DNA from: a virus
Lineage: Duplodnaviria > Caudoviricetes
Virus record (IMG/VR): IMGVR_UViG_3300043436_001540
Span: 1 to 55,238 of that record
Direction: 5' to 3' (one strand)
DNA length: 55,238 nucleotides
Positions within the stretch are counted from its first letter, which is position 1. Every line of letters begins with the position of its first letter. Positions 33,189-43,188 of this stretch are shown piece by piece. A program made the position numbers and the translations under genes. The notes under the pieces are model-generated. The model was given only the letters and a program-made list of their open reading frames with translations. It did no database searches and had not been told where the DNA came from.

Positions 33189-35708
33189 TTAACTAAAGAA
33201 GTCTTCCAAGGTTGAGATATGTTCCACCTTCCAATTAATTGCATCAGATACAATCTTAAGTGGATCTTTGAAAGTCTTATCGAATTGTGTTTCGTAGTCA
33301 ATATATTCAGCCAGACCAAGTTCCTTTGGTAGGTAACCTGAAAAGGCAATTACATTTTCTGACAGAGGGTTTGGCATTTTGAGATAGCAAAACTTTACCT
33401 TATTTCCATCCTGGATTGGTTCATACAGTTTGTCAAGTTTTTTGGTCTTGATCATATGATTGAATAGAATGGCGCCTCGAACATGGATCGGTGTTCCTTT
33501 GGCATAAAGAGCACCGGCTTGCATCCATTTACTGAGTTCATGTACACCACGAGGAAAGGATACCTCTTCGGCATTAAGAGACTTAAATTGATCTCGGAAC
33601 CCCTCAACGAAGTTAATCAGATCAGATTCAGTTCCGGTGAGCATAATCTTATATGCTTGTTTAAACTTATCTCGTACGACTTGAGGTGTGGAAGATTTTA
33701 CAGCTTCAATGCCCATGATTTTGAGTTTTGGTTCTGCATATTGCACACCCTCGTTATTGTGGACATGAAGTATATATCGTTTCTTTGCGGTCCAAATAGC
33801 ACGATCGGCGATGGCTTCACGTTTCATTACCATCCTATTCTCATAAGCATTCATCATGGTAAACATTTCAGCGTATGATTTTTCAAGCACTGGTTCAAGT
33901 TTTTGTGCACACGCCTTGTCAAGAAAGTCCACAGGATTCTTTGGGTTGACAGCCTTGACCAAGTCACTCATGTTACAATAGAGAGAGTCAGTATCCATTG
34001 CAATGACATAATCCTTGTCCGTCTTTAGGATCTTATTCAGAGCGCCATTCATGGCTTTTTCGGCCCAACGAATAGCCAACTGACCTGAGAGAGTCACACC
34101 TTCGGCGATACGAAGATCATAGTACCGGAAGTGTTGGTTACCCATAGCACCATAAAGTGAGTTAAGCAAGATCTTTACGGCTTGTTGTGAGTTGTCAAGT
34201 TGGTTCATCTGCCGCTTCAACTCAGGCGATTTGTTCCTTTCATATTCCTGTTTGATACCAAGCATTTGCTTTTTAATAGCTTTACGCTCATCATACAATC
34301 CAACAATAATCTCTGGGACACAACCTTGCTTGTCCTTACGATAACATGACCCATTGGCAGCCACGGCGATATTCCGTTCGCGAGTAGAAGGCGGTAGAGG
34401 GTCGTGTTTTGCATCAAGGTAGTAATCCACACCATGTGGTGCGAAGTCGCTGTCACCAGTCAGTAGAGTTTCAGGTGACATATTATATTGCACAATCAGG
34501 TTAGGATACAGTGAGTTCAAGTCAAACGACACCACCCAGTCATGCAGACCAACCTGAACATCCTTAACATAACCACCGGGGTAAGTATCGCCAGCCTTAT
34601 GAGCAGACTGAGGGATGATCACATTCTTGCGATTGAGGTGTCGATAGATAATAGAGTCCCAAATAGCGGTAGTGCCGAGAGTATCGCCATAGTTTACACC
34701 ACCCTTGTATGCCATAATACATGCAAGTTCAATTAATCGCATCTCTGCATCGATTCTATCGACCAGCATAACGTCCTTGATGTTATAGTCAATAAACTTT
34801 TGGAAGTCAGATTTGTAAAGCCCATGCAGTGAACCATGTTCAGCATACGAAAGTTTCCGCTCACCTAGGACTACATATGCAATATGATCCAATGCATACG
34901 ATTCCTGTGTCCCATAGGTATAGCCGAACTTTTGGAATAGGTCAATGTAGTCAAGTTGACCAACACCATAGATTTCATATGTGTCAAGATCCTTGCCCTT
35001 CACACCGATCTTACGATAGTTCACAATCTTCCATGGCGACAAACGTTTCATGTTGTCCTCACCGAGGATCTTTTTGATACGGTTCAGCAGATATGGAATG
35101 TCAAACAGTCGGACGTTCCAACCGGTAATGATATCGGGATAGTGGTTTTCCCAATAGGTAATGAATTGGAGCAGAAGATCGGACTCGTCCTTGCACCGGC
35201 GATATTGGATCAGAACACCTGCCGGCAATTCAAGTTCGGTTTTAGTTGGATCATAGTTACCCATACCCCAAACATGATATACATTGCTTTTGGAAGATTT
35301 ATACGCAATGGAAATGACTGGATGTTTGGCTTCATCGGCGTGAGGAAAGCCATCATCAGATGCAACCTCGATATCAATGTCACCGATAGCAATGTGGTTC
35401 ATATTGAACTTAACATCACCTGGGAACTTTTCGGCTAGAAATTGAGCCACGTAGTTTGTATTGCCGTAAATACGAAAGTTCTGGACACCATCATAAAGTT
35501 TGATAAAGTCTGCAGCTTCAGACATGGTATCGAATTTCATTGCCTCGACTGGAGTACCGTCCAGAGTCGTGGCCGAATGCGATCCCGAGGATCGAACATA
35601 AAGCGTGGGTTGGAATTTGATGCGCTCTTGAATGGCTACACCACTGTCGTTGTAACCACGATACAGGATTTGGTTCCCGTAACGATGCACGGAAGTATAA
35701 AAACTCAT
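33189..35708 (-). CDS. family B DNA polymerase (T4 gp43)
   Basis: DIEV exonuclease, FDLNSLYP, KILLNSLYG, MDTDS; no intein or split. Confidence 0.97.
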   Translation of the reverse strand: MSFYTSVHRYGNQILYRGYNDSGVAIQERIKFQPTLYVRSSGSHSATTLDGTPVEAMKFDTMSEAADFIKLYDGVQNFRIYGNTNYVAQFLAEKFPGDVKFNMNHIAIGDIDIEVASDDGFPHADEAKHPVISIAYKSSKSNVYHVWGMGNYDPTKTELELPAGVLIQYRRCKDESDLLLQFITYWENHYPDIITGWNVRLFDIPYLLNRIKKILGEDNMKRLSPWKIVNYRKIGVKGKDLDTYEIYGVGQLDYIDLFQKFGYTYGTQESYALDHIAYVVLGERKLSYAEHGSLHGLYKSDFQKFIDYNIKDVMLVDRIDAEMRLIELACIMAYKGGVNYGDTLGTTAIWDSIIYRHLNRKNVIIPQSAHKAGDTYPGGYVKDVQVGLHDWVVSFDLNSLYPNLIVQYNMSPETLLTGDSDFAPHGVDYYLDAKHDPLPPSTRERNIAVAANGSCYRKDKQGCVPEIIVGLYDERKAIKKQMLGIKQEYERNKSPELKRQMNQLDNSQQAVKILLNSLYGAMGNQHFRYYDLRIAEGVTLSGQLAIRWAEKAMNGALNKILKTDKDYVIAMDTDSLYCNMSDLVKAVNPKNPVDFLDKACAQKLEPVLEKSYAEMFTMMNAYENRMVMKREAIADRAIWTAKKRYILHVHNNEGVQYAEPKLKIMGIEAVKSSTPQVVRDKFKQAYKIMLTGTESDLINFVEGFRDQFKSLNAEEVSFPRGVHELSKWMQAGALYAKGTPIHVRGAILFNHMIKTKKLDKLYEPIQDGNKVKFCYLKMPNPLSENVIAFSGYLPKELGLAEYIDYETQFDKTFKDPLKIVSDAINWKVEHISTLEDFFS

Positions 35709-35772
35709 ATTAATTCCTTCGGATGAAGATGATCATTTGTTATAATAAACCGACCATCACAATTTGTCAACT

Positions 35773-35794
35773 AAAAAGGCGACCAAAGTCGCCT
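35773..35794 (-). terminator. intrinsic terminator
   Basis: AGGCGACTTTGGTCGCCTTTTT. Confidence 0.75.
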
Positions 35795-35802
35795 AGTACT
35801 AG

Positions 35803-35856
35803 TTATTTCTTTTTACCGTTAATGAAGTCTAACTCTTCGTCAGTATAAGGCCACAT
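35803..35856 (-). CDS. 17-aa micropeptide MWPYTDEELDFINGKKK
   Basis: TAATG coupling to the upstream micro-ORF; ends just before the terminator. Confidence 0.45.
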   Translation of the reverse strand: MWPYTDEELDFINGKKK

Positions 35857-35918
35857 TATTTGCCGCCTTTCTTCTTCTCTGCAAGAGTTCGAAGATATGA
35901 GTGATCAGGATCTAGCAT
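35856..35918 (-). CDS. 20-aa micropeptide MLDPDHSYLRTLAEKKKGGK
   Basis: AAGGA RBS from the end of the upstream gene. Confidence 0.45.
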   Translation of the reverse strand: MLDPDHSYLRTLAEKKKGGK

Positions 35919-35922
35919 ATGC

Positions 35923-36150
35923 TTAATCCTTTTTTGAAACGAAAGAATACATTTCCTGAGCCTTCTTCATAAGTTCTTCCATACTATAAGGGGTATAGAC
36001 ATTAGCAGCCTTTGCATCTTCAAAGGTAGCTTTACCAAGTTCCATCATCTTTTCCCAGTACTGCATATTCAAGGCAGTCTGCTTGTCCATATAGTCTTTG
36101 GCCATCTCGAGGACATCGGCACGAATTTCAAATGGGTTCTTAGTGCTCAT
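35923..36150 (-). CDS. conserved small phage protein
   Basis: NPFEIRADVLEMAKDY...AQEMYSFVS. Confidence 0.7.
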   Translation of the reverse strand: MSTKNPFEIRADVLEMAKDYMDKQTALNMQYWEKMMELGKATFEDAKAANVYTPYSMEELMKKAQEMYSFVSKKD

Positions 36151-36341
36151 TTTGAAGCTCCTTTAGACATTTTATCAAACTGATATTTCATCATATTTTC
36201 GGTATTGTCAAGAAGCATAGTAGCGAACTGAGTCTGGGCATCAATGTATTTGTGCGCCATTGCATTTAATTCTGGGTCTTTAATAATCTTATCAGTCATG
36301 CCTTTCTTGGCACTCTGAAAGTAACTTACCAACATTTTCAT
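36147..36341 (-). CDS. small hypothetical (phasin-like?) protein
   Basis: AGGAG RBS, amphipathic helical composition. Confidence 0.55.
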   Translation of the reverse strand: MKMLVSYFQSAKKGMTDKIIKDPELNAMAHKYIDAQTQFATMLLDNTENMMKYQFDKMSKGASK

Positions 36342-36424
36342 TTTAGTCTCCTGTGATGTGTGTGGTTGGGAGGCTAACCGTGGCCTCCCGCGGGTTTATT
36401 ACGTAACCACCCGAACTAACAAGT

Positions 36425-36886
36425 TTACTCGTTAAGTAACTGTGATATAGGTTTCGGTACAATATGCCCAATAGAAATCTTGCGAGGCTTCTTTTCCTCA
36501 GGTACATGATTCTCAAGTCGGATTTGAAGCATACCATTATAAACTTGTGCACCTACGACTTCGACAGTATCGGCAAGGGTAAAACTACGGTTAAAGTTTC
36601 TTGCGGCAATACCACGATGTAGATATTTTGTTTCTTGTTCTTTTGGTGATGTCTCACCTTTTACAAAAAGTGTGCCACCGTGAACAGTAATATCCAATTC
36701 AGCTTCACTAAAGCCAGCTACAGCCAACTCAATAATATACGAATTATCGGCGGTTCTTACTATGTTATACGGTGGGTAATTTGTCATGGCAGTGTTTGCG
36801 GTATTCAACCGATTAATAAGGGAATCGAATCCAATAAAAAATGGGTCGTTGAGCATGTCTGCTGTATATTTACGAATAGTAGTCAT
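36425..36886 (-). CDS. small heat shock protein Hsp20
   Basis: YPPYNI, ELAVAGF, YLHRGIAARNF, NGML; late promoter at 36944-36951. Confidence 0.95.
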   Translation of the reverse strand: MTTIRKYTADMLNDPFFIGFDSLINRLNTANTAMTNYPPYNIVRTADNSYIIELAVAGFSEAELDITVHGGTLFVKGETSPKEQETKYLHRGIAARNFNRSFTLADTVEVVGAQVYNGMLQIRLENHVPEEKKPRKISIGHIVPKPISQLLNE

Positions 36887-36960
36887 ATAGTTCCTCCTAA
36901 AAGCAAGGTTAAAAATATAGGTCCCATTGGCAACCTACAATTCTATTTATACGAGTAGTC

Positions 36961-37356
36961 TTATTTCTTCTTACCAATTGAATATTTGGCGACCAATTCC
37001 CACTGATTCTTTTCAGAGTGTGAAAGAATTTTAATCTGTGAAAGCGGAGCAATAGGATCCTGGACCTTAGTTGCATGCACGGCTTTTACTAGACCCCATT
37101 CTTCCAATAGATTCACGATCGTATTTCTACGACCTTTATCTTCTTCATCAAAATTATTAATTTTACCATCAAGCATAAACAGTTCTTTAAAATGAACAAT
37201 GTAATACTTGCCTTGTTTATGCAAAATATGACACGACTGGTAGAGTTTCTTTTCTTTATGAGAAGCAATGCCAATACGAGTTAATGTTTCCTTGACCTTT
37301 AAAAAATTTTCATCATTTGGCAGCTCAATCTGCACAAGAGTATCTATCAAATTCAT
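36961..37356 (-). CDS. regA: translational repressor RegA
   Basis: FLKVKETLTRIGIAS, LYQSCHILHKQGKYYIVHFKE. Confidence 0.97.
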   Translation of the reverse strand: MNLIDTLVQIELPNDENFLKVKETLTRIGIASHKEKKLYQSCHILHKQGKYYIVHFKELFMLDGKINNFDEEDKGRRNTIVNLLEEWGLVKAVHATKVQDPIAPLSQIKILSHSEKNQWELVAKYSIGKKK

Positions 37357-37751
37357 TTTTTAGTACCACCTTTTTCTTGTTCTTTTTTCATTATCTGAAT
37401 TTGTTCTTTAGTCAATAAGGATAGATACTCTCGGCCTACAATAGGGTTTACATTATAATATGCACACACAATATCTAAATCTTCATTGGCTTCATCTTTA
37501 ACCCACTTAGCCCAACGCTTATTAGGTCTCACCATATTTATTAGATACTCGTACTGTGCGCGCTTTTCAAGAGCATGATACATATTGACCTCATTGGCAA
37601 TAAGTACCGTGTCCTGAAAGTATGACAGTGCTTTATTTACAATCCAAGGGTTGTAATCCTTTTCGGCTAGATTGTCATTCTCACTATTACGCATCATGTT
37701 CTTTTTAGTCATCGTGATGCTATTTACATAATCAAATGGATTCACTGCCAT
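37353..37751 (-). CDS. clamp loader small subunit (gp62)
   Basis: YNPWIVNKALS, ANEVN; located between gp44 and regA. Confidence 0.88.
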   Translation of the reverse strand: MAVNPFDYVNSITMTKKNMMRNSENDNLAEKDYNPWIVNKALSYFQDTVLIANEVNMYHALEKRAQYEYLINMVRPNKRWAKWVKDEANEDLDIVCAYYNVNPIVGREYLSLLTKEQIQIMKKEQEKGGTKK

Positions 37752-37920
37752 CATTCTCTCCAAAACTTATTTCATCAACCATTGCGGCACACTCTGCGCA
37801 TAATGGAAGGCTACCAGTTTTTTGGTTACCTCCATCATCATACTTGTACTGAAGTTCGCCACCATGATCGGTGATTTTTACATTACAAATAAAGCATTTT
37901 GGTTTCCCAAACCACTTCAT
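37732..37920 (-). CDS. small Cys-containing protein
   Basis: CFIC...LCAEC. Confidence 0.6.
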   Translation of the reverse strand: MKWFGKPKCFICNVKITDHGGELQYKYDDGGNQKTGSLPLCAECAAMVDEISFGENDGSESI

Positions 37921-38087
37921 TCAATACGACTCCATTTAACCCCAAAGAATAAGCGCTGCATGAACCTATGAAATGCATTTGGTTGCATACCTTCTTCAAC
38001 ATGCCATATCACTTTGGGGATAAGTTCACATCGCCATGTATGTTTTGGTGTTACGGCTATGGTTATGGCGGGATAAAAGTTGTCCAT
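37917..38087 (-). CDS. small hypothetical protein
   Basis: Coupled to the gp44 stop (TAATG); PNAFHRFMQRLFFGVKW. Confidence 0.55.
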   Translation of the reverse strand: MDNFYPAITIAVTPKHTWRCELIPKVIWHVEEGMQPNAFHRFMQRLFFGVKWSRIE

Positions 38088-39028
38088 TATTTCCAGTCAC
38101 ATTCCGCCATAAGAGTAGCCAAAGCGGCCACACGATTGATCTCAGAGTTAGCGACAAACGCTTCCTTGTACTGATATTCGGCTAGAGTAATAATAGCACC
38201 GGCAACACTGGTGGTAGATTTTAGTTTGGAGGGAAGGATATCGTACAGTGAACGATAGAGGACGTTTGAGTCAATGTCGGTATTCTCTGCAACCCATTTA
38301 CGTACATCCGTAAACTTTTTATCTTTCATATGACCGATAAGAGCATTAATGCTATCATCAGCTTTATTACTCAAAAGTCCAGAGTCAATCCGACCAGTAG
38401 CAGAATAACGCTGTAGTTCGTTAAGGACTCGGCGCCAATCAGGGAAATAAAGTTGAATAAACTCAGCAACAGTCTGTTGATCATATGTGACACTTTCGGT
38501 TTCAAGGATAGTTTTTACTCTATTGAAAAACTGACCGGCAAGTTTAGGGCGATCAGCTTTGGGAATGGAGAACTCAACAACTGAACATCTTGAATGCAGA
38601 GGTTCGATAATACGGTTTTTAAAGTTACATGTCAGAATAAATCCACAGTTATTAGAGAATTCCTCCATGAAGTTACGCAGAGCCGGTTGAGTCGAGTTTG
38701 GATTTAGATAATCTGCCTCGTCAAGAATAACATATTTTCTGCCACCGGTAAATGAAATTGACGACGCGAAGTTAGCAATCTCGACCCGAAGTGTGTCAAT
38801 ATTACCATTCATCGAGCCGTTAATAGTAATGTAGTCAGCACCAAGTTCATTCAACATAGCCTTGGCAATGGTGGTTTTACCAACACCTGCTCGACCAGTG
38901 AGTAGAAGATTAGGGACATTCTTTTGATCAACGAATTGTTGAAATGTGGCTTTGAGTTGTGCAGGAAGAATAGTATCGCTTACAGTACGAGGACGATACT
39001 TTTCCACCCAGAGAAAGTCTTCTTGCAT
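38087..39028 (-). CDS. clamp loader large subunit (gp44)
   Basis: LWVEKYRP, GRAGVGKT, DEAD, SRC. Confidence 0.96.
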   Translation of the reverse strand: MQEDFLWVEKYRPRTVSDTILPAQLKATFQQFVDQKNVPNLLLTGRAGVGKTTIAKAMLNELGADYITINGSMNGNIDTLRVEIANFASSISFTGGRKYVILDEADYLNPNSTQPALRNFMEEFSNNCGFILTCNFKNRIIEPLHSRCSVVEFSIPKADRPKLAGQFFNRVKTILETESVTYDQQTVAEFIQLYFPDWRRVLNELQRYSATGRIDSGLLSNKADDSINALIGHMKDKKFTDVRKWVAENTDIDSNVLYRSLYDILPSKLKSTTSVAGAIITLAEYQYKEAFVANSEINRVAALATLMAECDWK

Positions 39029-39103
39029 GTTTCACCTTTGCATATTATAAGATAGTCATCATAACATATAAGGGGGAGTTTGTCAACTCCCCCAGTATAA
39101 TTT

Positions 39104-39322
39104 TTATTCTGAAGCTTCAGGGGCAGATTCCTGCGCGACCGGTTCTTCTACTGGTGCCGCAGTTTGTTCCTGACTGGCCTTCAGAAATGCCGTGAGTCGG
39201 TTATAAAGAATACCGACCTCTGCTGCCTCACTTGCACGGAATGCGCCACGGCTTACAGCGGCATCGATAACCTGAGCAGCATTAGCGATGTCGTTGAGTG
39301 TAATACCTGGTTGATTTTCCAT
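39104..39322 (-). CDS. small conserved hypothetical protein
   Basis: IDAAVSRGAFRASE; GGAGG RBS. Confidence 0.7.
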   Translation of the reverse strand: MENQPGITLNDIANAAQVIDAAVSRGAFRASEAAEVGILYNRLTAFLKASQEQTAAPVEEPVAQESAPEASE

Positions 39323-39324
39323 TT

Positions 39325-39984
39325 TTATCCTCCGAATTTACTATTCTTTTCAATTGCAATGTAATATTGAACGTTATCTGCTTTAAAATGCGCCATGCCT
39401 TTAGACGACAAGGATACCTTGTAATCCTTAGACATAACCTTGAGGTTTTCAACTTTAATAATAATCTCGAAAACCAATCCAGACTCACCGACAATAACGT
39501 CAAACACATCGGCGGTTGGATTCTTAGAGTCGATAGCAGCCATACGGACTACTTCGCCATCGCCCTTAAATGCAATTTCATTGAGCTGTAGAACAGATGC
39601 AGCACGAATGACTTTTTGAATGTCGTCCCAATTTACATCAACCTGAACTTCGGCATCTGGCAAATTAATAGCACGATCGGGTGGGACTACAATCATTGAT
39701 TCAGCCGCATAGGTATAGTTGACACGGCTACGATTAGACGAGATAGAGAACTTTGTATCAAGAAACTCAACCTCGGGGTTATCAAAGAGAGATAGAGTTG
39801 CAAGGAACCGAGACAGATCATAAACTGCGGCGGTTGATTTCACTTCCTCATCAATGATAGCCTCGGCCATAACTGATTTCGAAGGTGAAATAGTACGAAG
39901 CAACTTACCTGCTTTAAACACTACACTTGGGTTAATACCCGAAAAGTTCTTGAGTACGGATAGAGTATTTTCACTGAATTTCAT
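39325..39984 (-). CDS. sliding clamp (gp45)
   Basis: MKFSENTLSVLKNFSGINPS, YDLSRFL, YYIAIE. Confidence 0.95.
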   Translation of the reverse strand: MKFSENTLSVLKNFSGINPSVVFKAGKLLRTISPSKSVMAEAIIDEEVKSTAAVYDLSRFLATLSLFDNPEVEFLDTKFSISSNRSRVNYTYAAESMIVVPPDRAINLPDAEVQVDVNWDDIQKVIRAASVLQLNEIAFKGDGEVVRMAAIDSKNPTADVFDVIVGESGLVFEIIIKVENLKVMSKDYKVSLSSKGMAHFKADNVQYYIAIEKNSKFGG

Positions 39985-40928
39985 TATTTCATCCTTTTAA
40001 GTTTATCTACCGCCCGGCGTTGCTGACGGTTAAGGTTAGGTCCATTATTAACATTATCACCTGAATCAGAATTTGTCAACGGTTCTTTATAATATTTTTC
40101 ATTTGATTCTTTACTTGCCGTAGGCGATGCTTGAATTGCGGCAAGTGCGGCAAGACTTCCGTCGAATACATATGAACCTACGTGCTGTAGTTCCATCCAT
40201 GGACACATATAGATCTTGAGCCCTGCTTTTCGAGCATAGTAACTAAACATATAGTCCTCAGAGAGGTACCGCTTAGTCTCAGGTTCAATGATACAATCAA
40301 AGAATGCCGTAATTTCACGAGTACCATCAAAATGTTCGGTACGTGCATGGTCAGGTTTATAACTCAACTCTGGGTATGCTGCGGCATATTTTACAAGAGT
40401 ATCACGGTGGATACACATGAAGCCAGTGCCACCTTCACGGATTTCAACCGGTTCATCAATACGGAATTCATTGACGTTTGATGCTGGATTGAATACAAAG
40501 TCACCAACAAACTTCTGAAGATTGAATGGATTCTTGGCATATCCAAGTTCAACAGCTCTCTTGATCTTTTCCCACGAAATAGATTTCTTAGGATATGGAC
40601 CAGTTACAACATCACGACCTTGTTCTGGGTCAGTCAAATGCATAAGAGTAAAGACATCCTTATAAGAGAATCCAATATCGGAATCAATAAAGATAAGATG
40701 CGTATAGTCAGACCGCAGGAATTCATCAACGCAATAGTTACGAGCTCGTGTAATCAGACTTTCATTGAATAGGTAATAGAATTTTACCTCAATACCATAT
40801 TTAGCACAAGCCATAGCCAAATCATTAGTCGATTTAGTATAGATACCGGCACATTGACCGCCATACATAGGTGTCGCAATAAAAAGCTTTTTACCCTTTA
40901 GATCATCGACTGTAATTTTAATTTCCAT
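39984..40928 (-). CDS. GT-A fold glycosyltransferase-like protein
   Basis: IATPMYGG, ESLITRARN, FIDSDI, GTGFMCI, YLSEDY. Confidence 0.8.
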   Translation of the reverse strand: MEIKITVDDLKGKKLFIATPMYGGQCAGIYTKSTNDLAMACAKYGIEVKFYYLFNESLITRARNYCVDEFLRSDYTHLIFIDSDIGFSYKDVFTLMHLTDPEQGRDVVTGPYPKKSISWEKIKRAVELGYAKNPFNLQKFVGDFVFNPASNVNEFRIDEPVEIREGGTGFMCIHRDTLVKYAAAYPELSYKPDHARTEHFDGTREITAFFDCIIEPETKRYLSEDYMFSYYARKAGLKIYMCPWMELQHVGSYVFDGSLAALAAIQASPTASKESNEKYYKEPLTNSDSGDNVNNGPNLNRQQRRAVDKLKRMK

Positions 40929-41356
40929 TATTTCTTCTCCAATTTAGCATTATCTAGTTGCTGGTTAATCCATTTTGCACATTCTTTTGCAGTCAATGCG
41001 TTCTCGGAGACCTTAGGCATTCTATCATCCGTTCCAATACCACGAATAACAGATGCTGATAACATCATAGCAGAAGCCATGATCATGCAGACTTGATGAA
41101 GATTTGAACCATCAGCGCCATTATCATAATCATGCCCTCGCTCAAAGTCATCAATGTGACGTTTAAGACTGTCAATCATTTGCTGCCACGGTAGACCTTT
41201 TTCCCAGTTACGATTAGCATATTTCTTGGCGCCATATTCAAGAGAAGTAGCACCGGCGGCCAAAGCCTCAAGTGGTAACTGTCTAAAATATGGAATACCA
41301 AGTGCTTCACGAGCTGCCCCGGTCTCCGATTCATTGTATTTATATGTAGGATTCAT
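40928..41356 (-). CDS. dATP/dGTP diphosphohydrolase-like (DUF5664-type)
   Basis: YGAKKYANRNWEKG, SLKRH. Confidence 0.8.
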   Translation of the reverse strand: MNPTYKYNESETGAAREALGIPYFRQLPLEALAAGATSLEYGAKKYANRNWEKGLPWQQMIDSLKRHIDDFERGHDYDNGADGSNLHQVCMIMASAMMLSASVIRGIGTDDRMPKVSENALTAKECAKWINQQLDNAKLEKK

Positions 41357-42003
41357 CTTTCCACCTGATCTAGATCATTTTCTGCACGAATAATTGCCTG
41401 AAGTCGTAGTACATCAGCGGCAATATCAAAGCGACTATCGTGTTTTACAAAGGTGACTGCCCAATACCTTTCATCCGCTACAGGTACAAAGCCATTGATT
41501 TTCGGAAAGTCAAACTTAGCATCAATGTATGTACGAGTATCGCGCACAAGCCACGGATTCAGATTATCGGTAATTGCTGTAAATTTATTATGCCACGATG
41601 CTACTTTCTGTAGCAAAATAGGGTCAAAGGTGTTCGATCTTGACCACCAATAACCTATATCTCTATCACTAACATATTCTACAAATTTGTCAACAAAATA
41701 TTCAGTTGATACATCTTTAGAACTTGGGTTAAGAACTTTTTTGGCTTCAGGCCCCTGTGATTCCCACCACTCAAGATCACGTTTTGTAAACTTACAGCCG
41801 AAAACTTCACACTGTTCCTTGACCTTCAGTTTATAGTTCTGGGAAAGGTCGACAAGTTCCAATAGGGAATATGGTTTATTTGTAAATCTATTCCAATCGA
41901 ATGCTACAAAAGAACAATCCAGAAGTGGGATCTTAAAAACATCCTGACCCATAGTCTCGAAGTCAATGATCAGATGTTCGTTATCATAGGCTTTACTTTT
42001 CAT
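41353..42003 (-). CDS. dexA: DEDDh 3'-5' exonuclease (DexA-like)
   Basis: IDFETMG, WSRSNTFD, RDTRT, HDSRFDIAAD. Confidence 0.85.
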   Translation of the reverse strand: MKSKAYDNEHLIIDFETMGQDVFKIPLLDCSFVAFDWNRFTNKPYSLLELVDLSQNYKLKVKEQCEVFGCKFTKRDLEWWESQGPEAKKVLNPSSKDVSTEYFVDKFVEYVSDRDIGYWWSRSNTFDPILLQKVASWHNKFTAITDNLNPWLVRDTRTYIDAKFDFPKINGFVPVADERYWAVTFVKHDSRFDIAADVLRLQAIIRAENDLDQVER

Positions 42004-42356
42004 TAAACGAACTCTGCCAAATTAGGAGGTTGCCAACCTTCAGGCTTCAATACCTTACCATCTTCACGTTTACGGACCTTACCAGTTACAGAATCAATTT
42101 TGGCAAAGTTTGTGCGCATGACTTCTTCCCAAGCACCAGGTCCATCAAAACCACCCGCACGGATAGCACCAATGGTGACAACCAAAATATCAATAAGAGC
42201 ATCTAGTTGTTCAATACGATCACTAGCGTCAACCGCTTCTAGCAACTCATTAAATTCTTCATGAATTAGGGTCAGATACATGTTATAGTTATCAACACTG
42301 GGCTTTTGGTCGCAGGCCGTGTGAAAGATGTCAATATCGTCAAATACGTCAGTCAT
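42003..42356 (-). CDS. MazG-like nucleotide pyrophosphohydrolase
   Basis: EEFNE...DALID, REDGKVLKPEGW. Confidence 0.85.
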   Translation of the reverse strand: MTDVFDDIDIFHTACDQKPSVDNYNMYLTLIHEEFNELLEAVDASDRIEQLDALIDILVVTIGAIRAGGFDGPGAWEEVMRTNFAKIDSVTGKVRKREDGKVLKPEGWQPPNLAEFV

Positions 42357-42363
42357 TGTTACC

Positions 42364-43188
42364 TCAGTTATAATTAATGTTCTGTTCTTTTTCACGATCA
42401 TCCTTTTCATATGCAGAACGATATGCATTATTTACAGCAATCACCTCACGAAGAACAGTCAGAGAAGGATCAAAGTTGAGTAGGGCGGCAGTGTCCTTGG
42501 GGAAACATGCACCGCCAAAGCCACGCTTACCATCGAAGCCAGGAACAGCAGTATGTGATTTACCAATACGAGGATCAGTCAACATGGCATCAAGAATGAT
42601 ACTGTAGTTACCATTACACTTACTAATGGTATCGTAGTACTGATTAAACCAAAGTACTTTAGACGCAAGGAATGAATTGATGCCATATTTCACCAATGAA
42701 GCTTCAACAGCACTCATAATGTGAACCGGGGCTTCCTTGCACGATGAATGTGCTTTATAAAATGAATGCAACATTTCACACTTGACTTTAACACCGCCGT
42801 AAATCTGCATCGGTGGGTTTACAAAGTCTTCATTTGCGGCTTTTTCGGTAAGAAACTCTGGGTTATATACAAAGTTATGGTAGTTCTTTGCATATAAAGC
42901 AACATTATCGGGCGTAACAGTTGATTTTAGAACGATGAGCCCACCCACCTTAGTGCCAAGGTAATCAATAACACTTTCAACAATAGAAACATTGATAGAA
43001 CCATCAGCGCCCATAGGAGTCGGTACTGCAACAAATGTCACATCGGGATCAAAATCGACCAACTCTGAAATGTCAGAGCCGAGTTTGGGATCAATTAATT
43101 TCTTTATGACATTACGATTGAAGCCGAAGTCAACCGCCTTACCTACAAATCCGTAACCAACAATGGCCAATCTAAGCTTTTTCATCAT
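42364..43188 (-). CDS. UDP-glucose/GDP-mannose dehydrogenase family
   Basis: GYGFVG, VPTP, KSTV, NPEFL, GFGGACFPKD. Confidence 0.92.
   Translation of the reverse strand: MMKKLRLAIVGYGFVGKAVDFGFNRNVIKKLIDPKLGSDISELVDFDPDVTFVAVPTPMGADGSINVSIVESVIDYLGTKVGGLIVLKSTVTPDNVALYAKNYHNFVYNPEFLTEKAANEDFVNPPMQIYGGVKVKCEMLHSFYKAHSSCKEAPVHIMSAVEASLVKYGINSFLASKVLWFNQYYDTISKCNGNYSIILDAMLTDPRIGKSHTAVPGFDGKRGFGGACFPKDTAALLNFDPSLTVLREVIAVNNAYRSAYEKDDREKEQNINYN

Noticed and set aside
11344-35708. Introns or inteins in nrdA, nrdB, thyX, gp41, uvsX or gp43
   Set aside because: All are continuous ORFs of normal length
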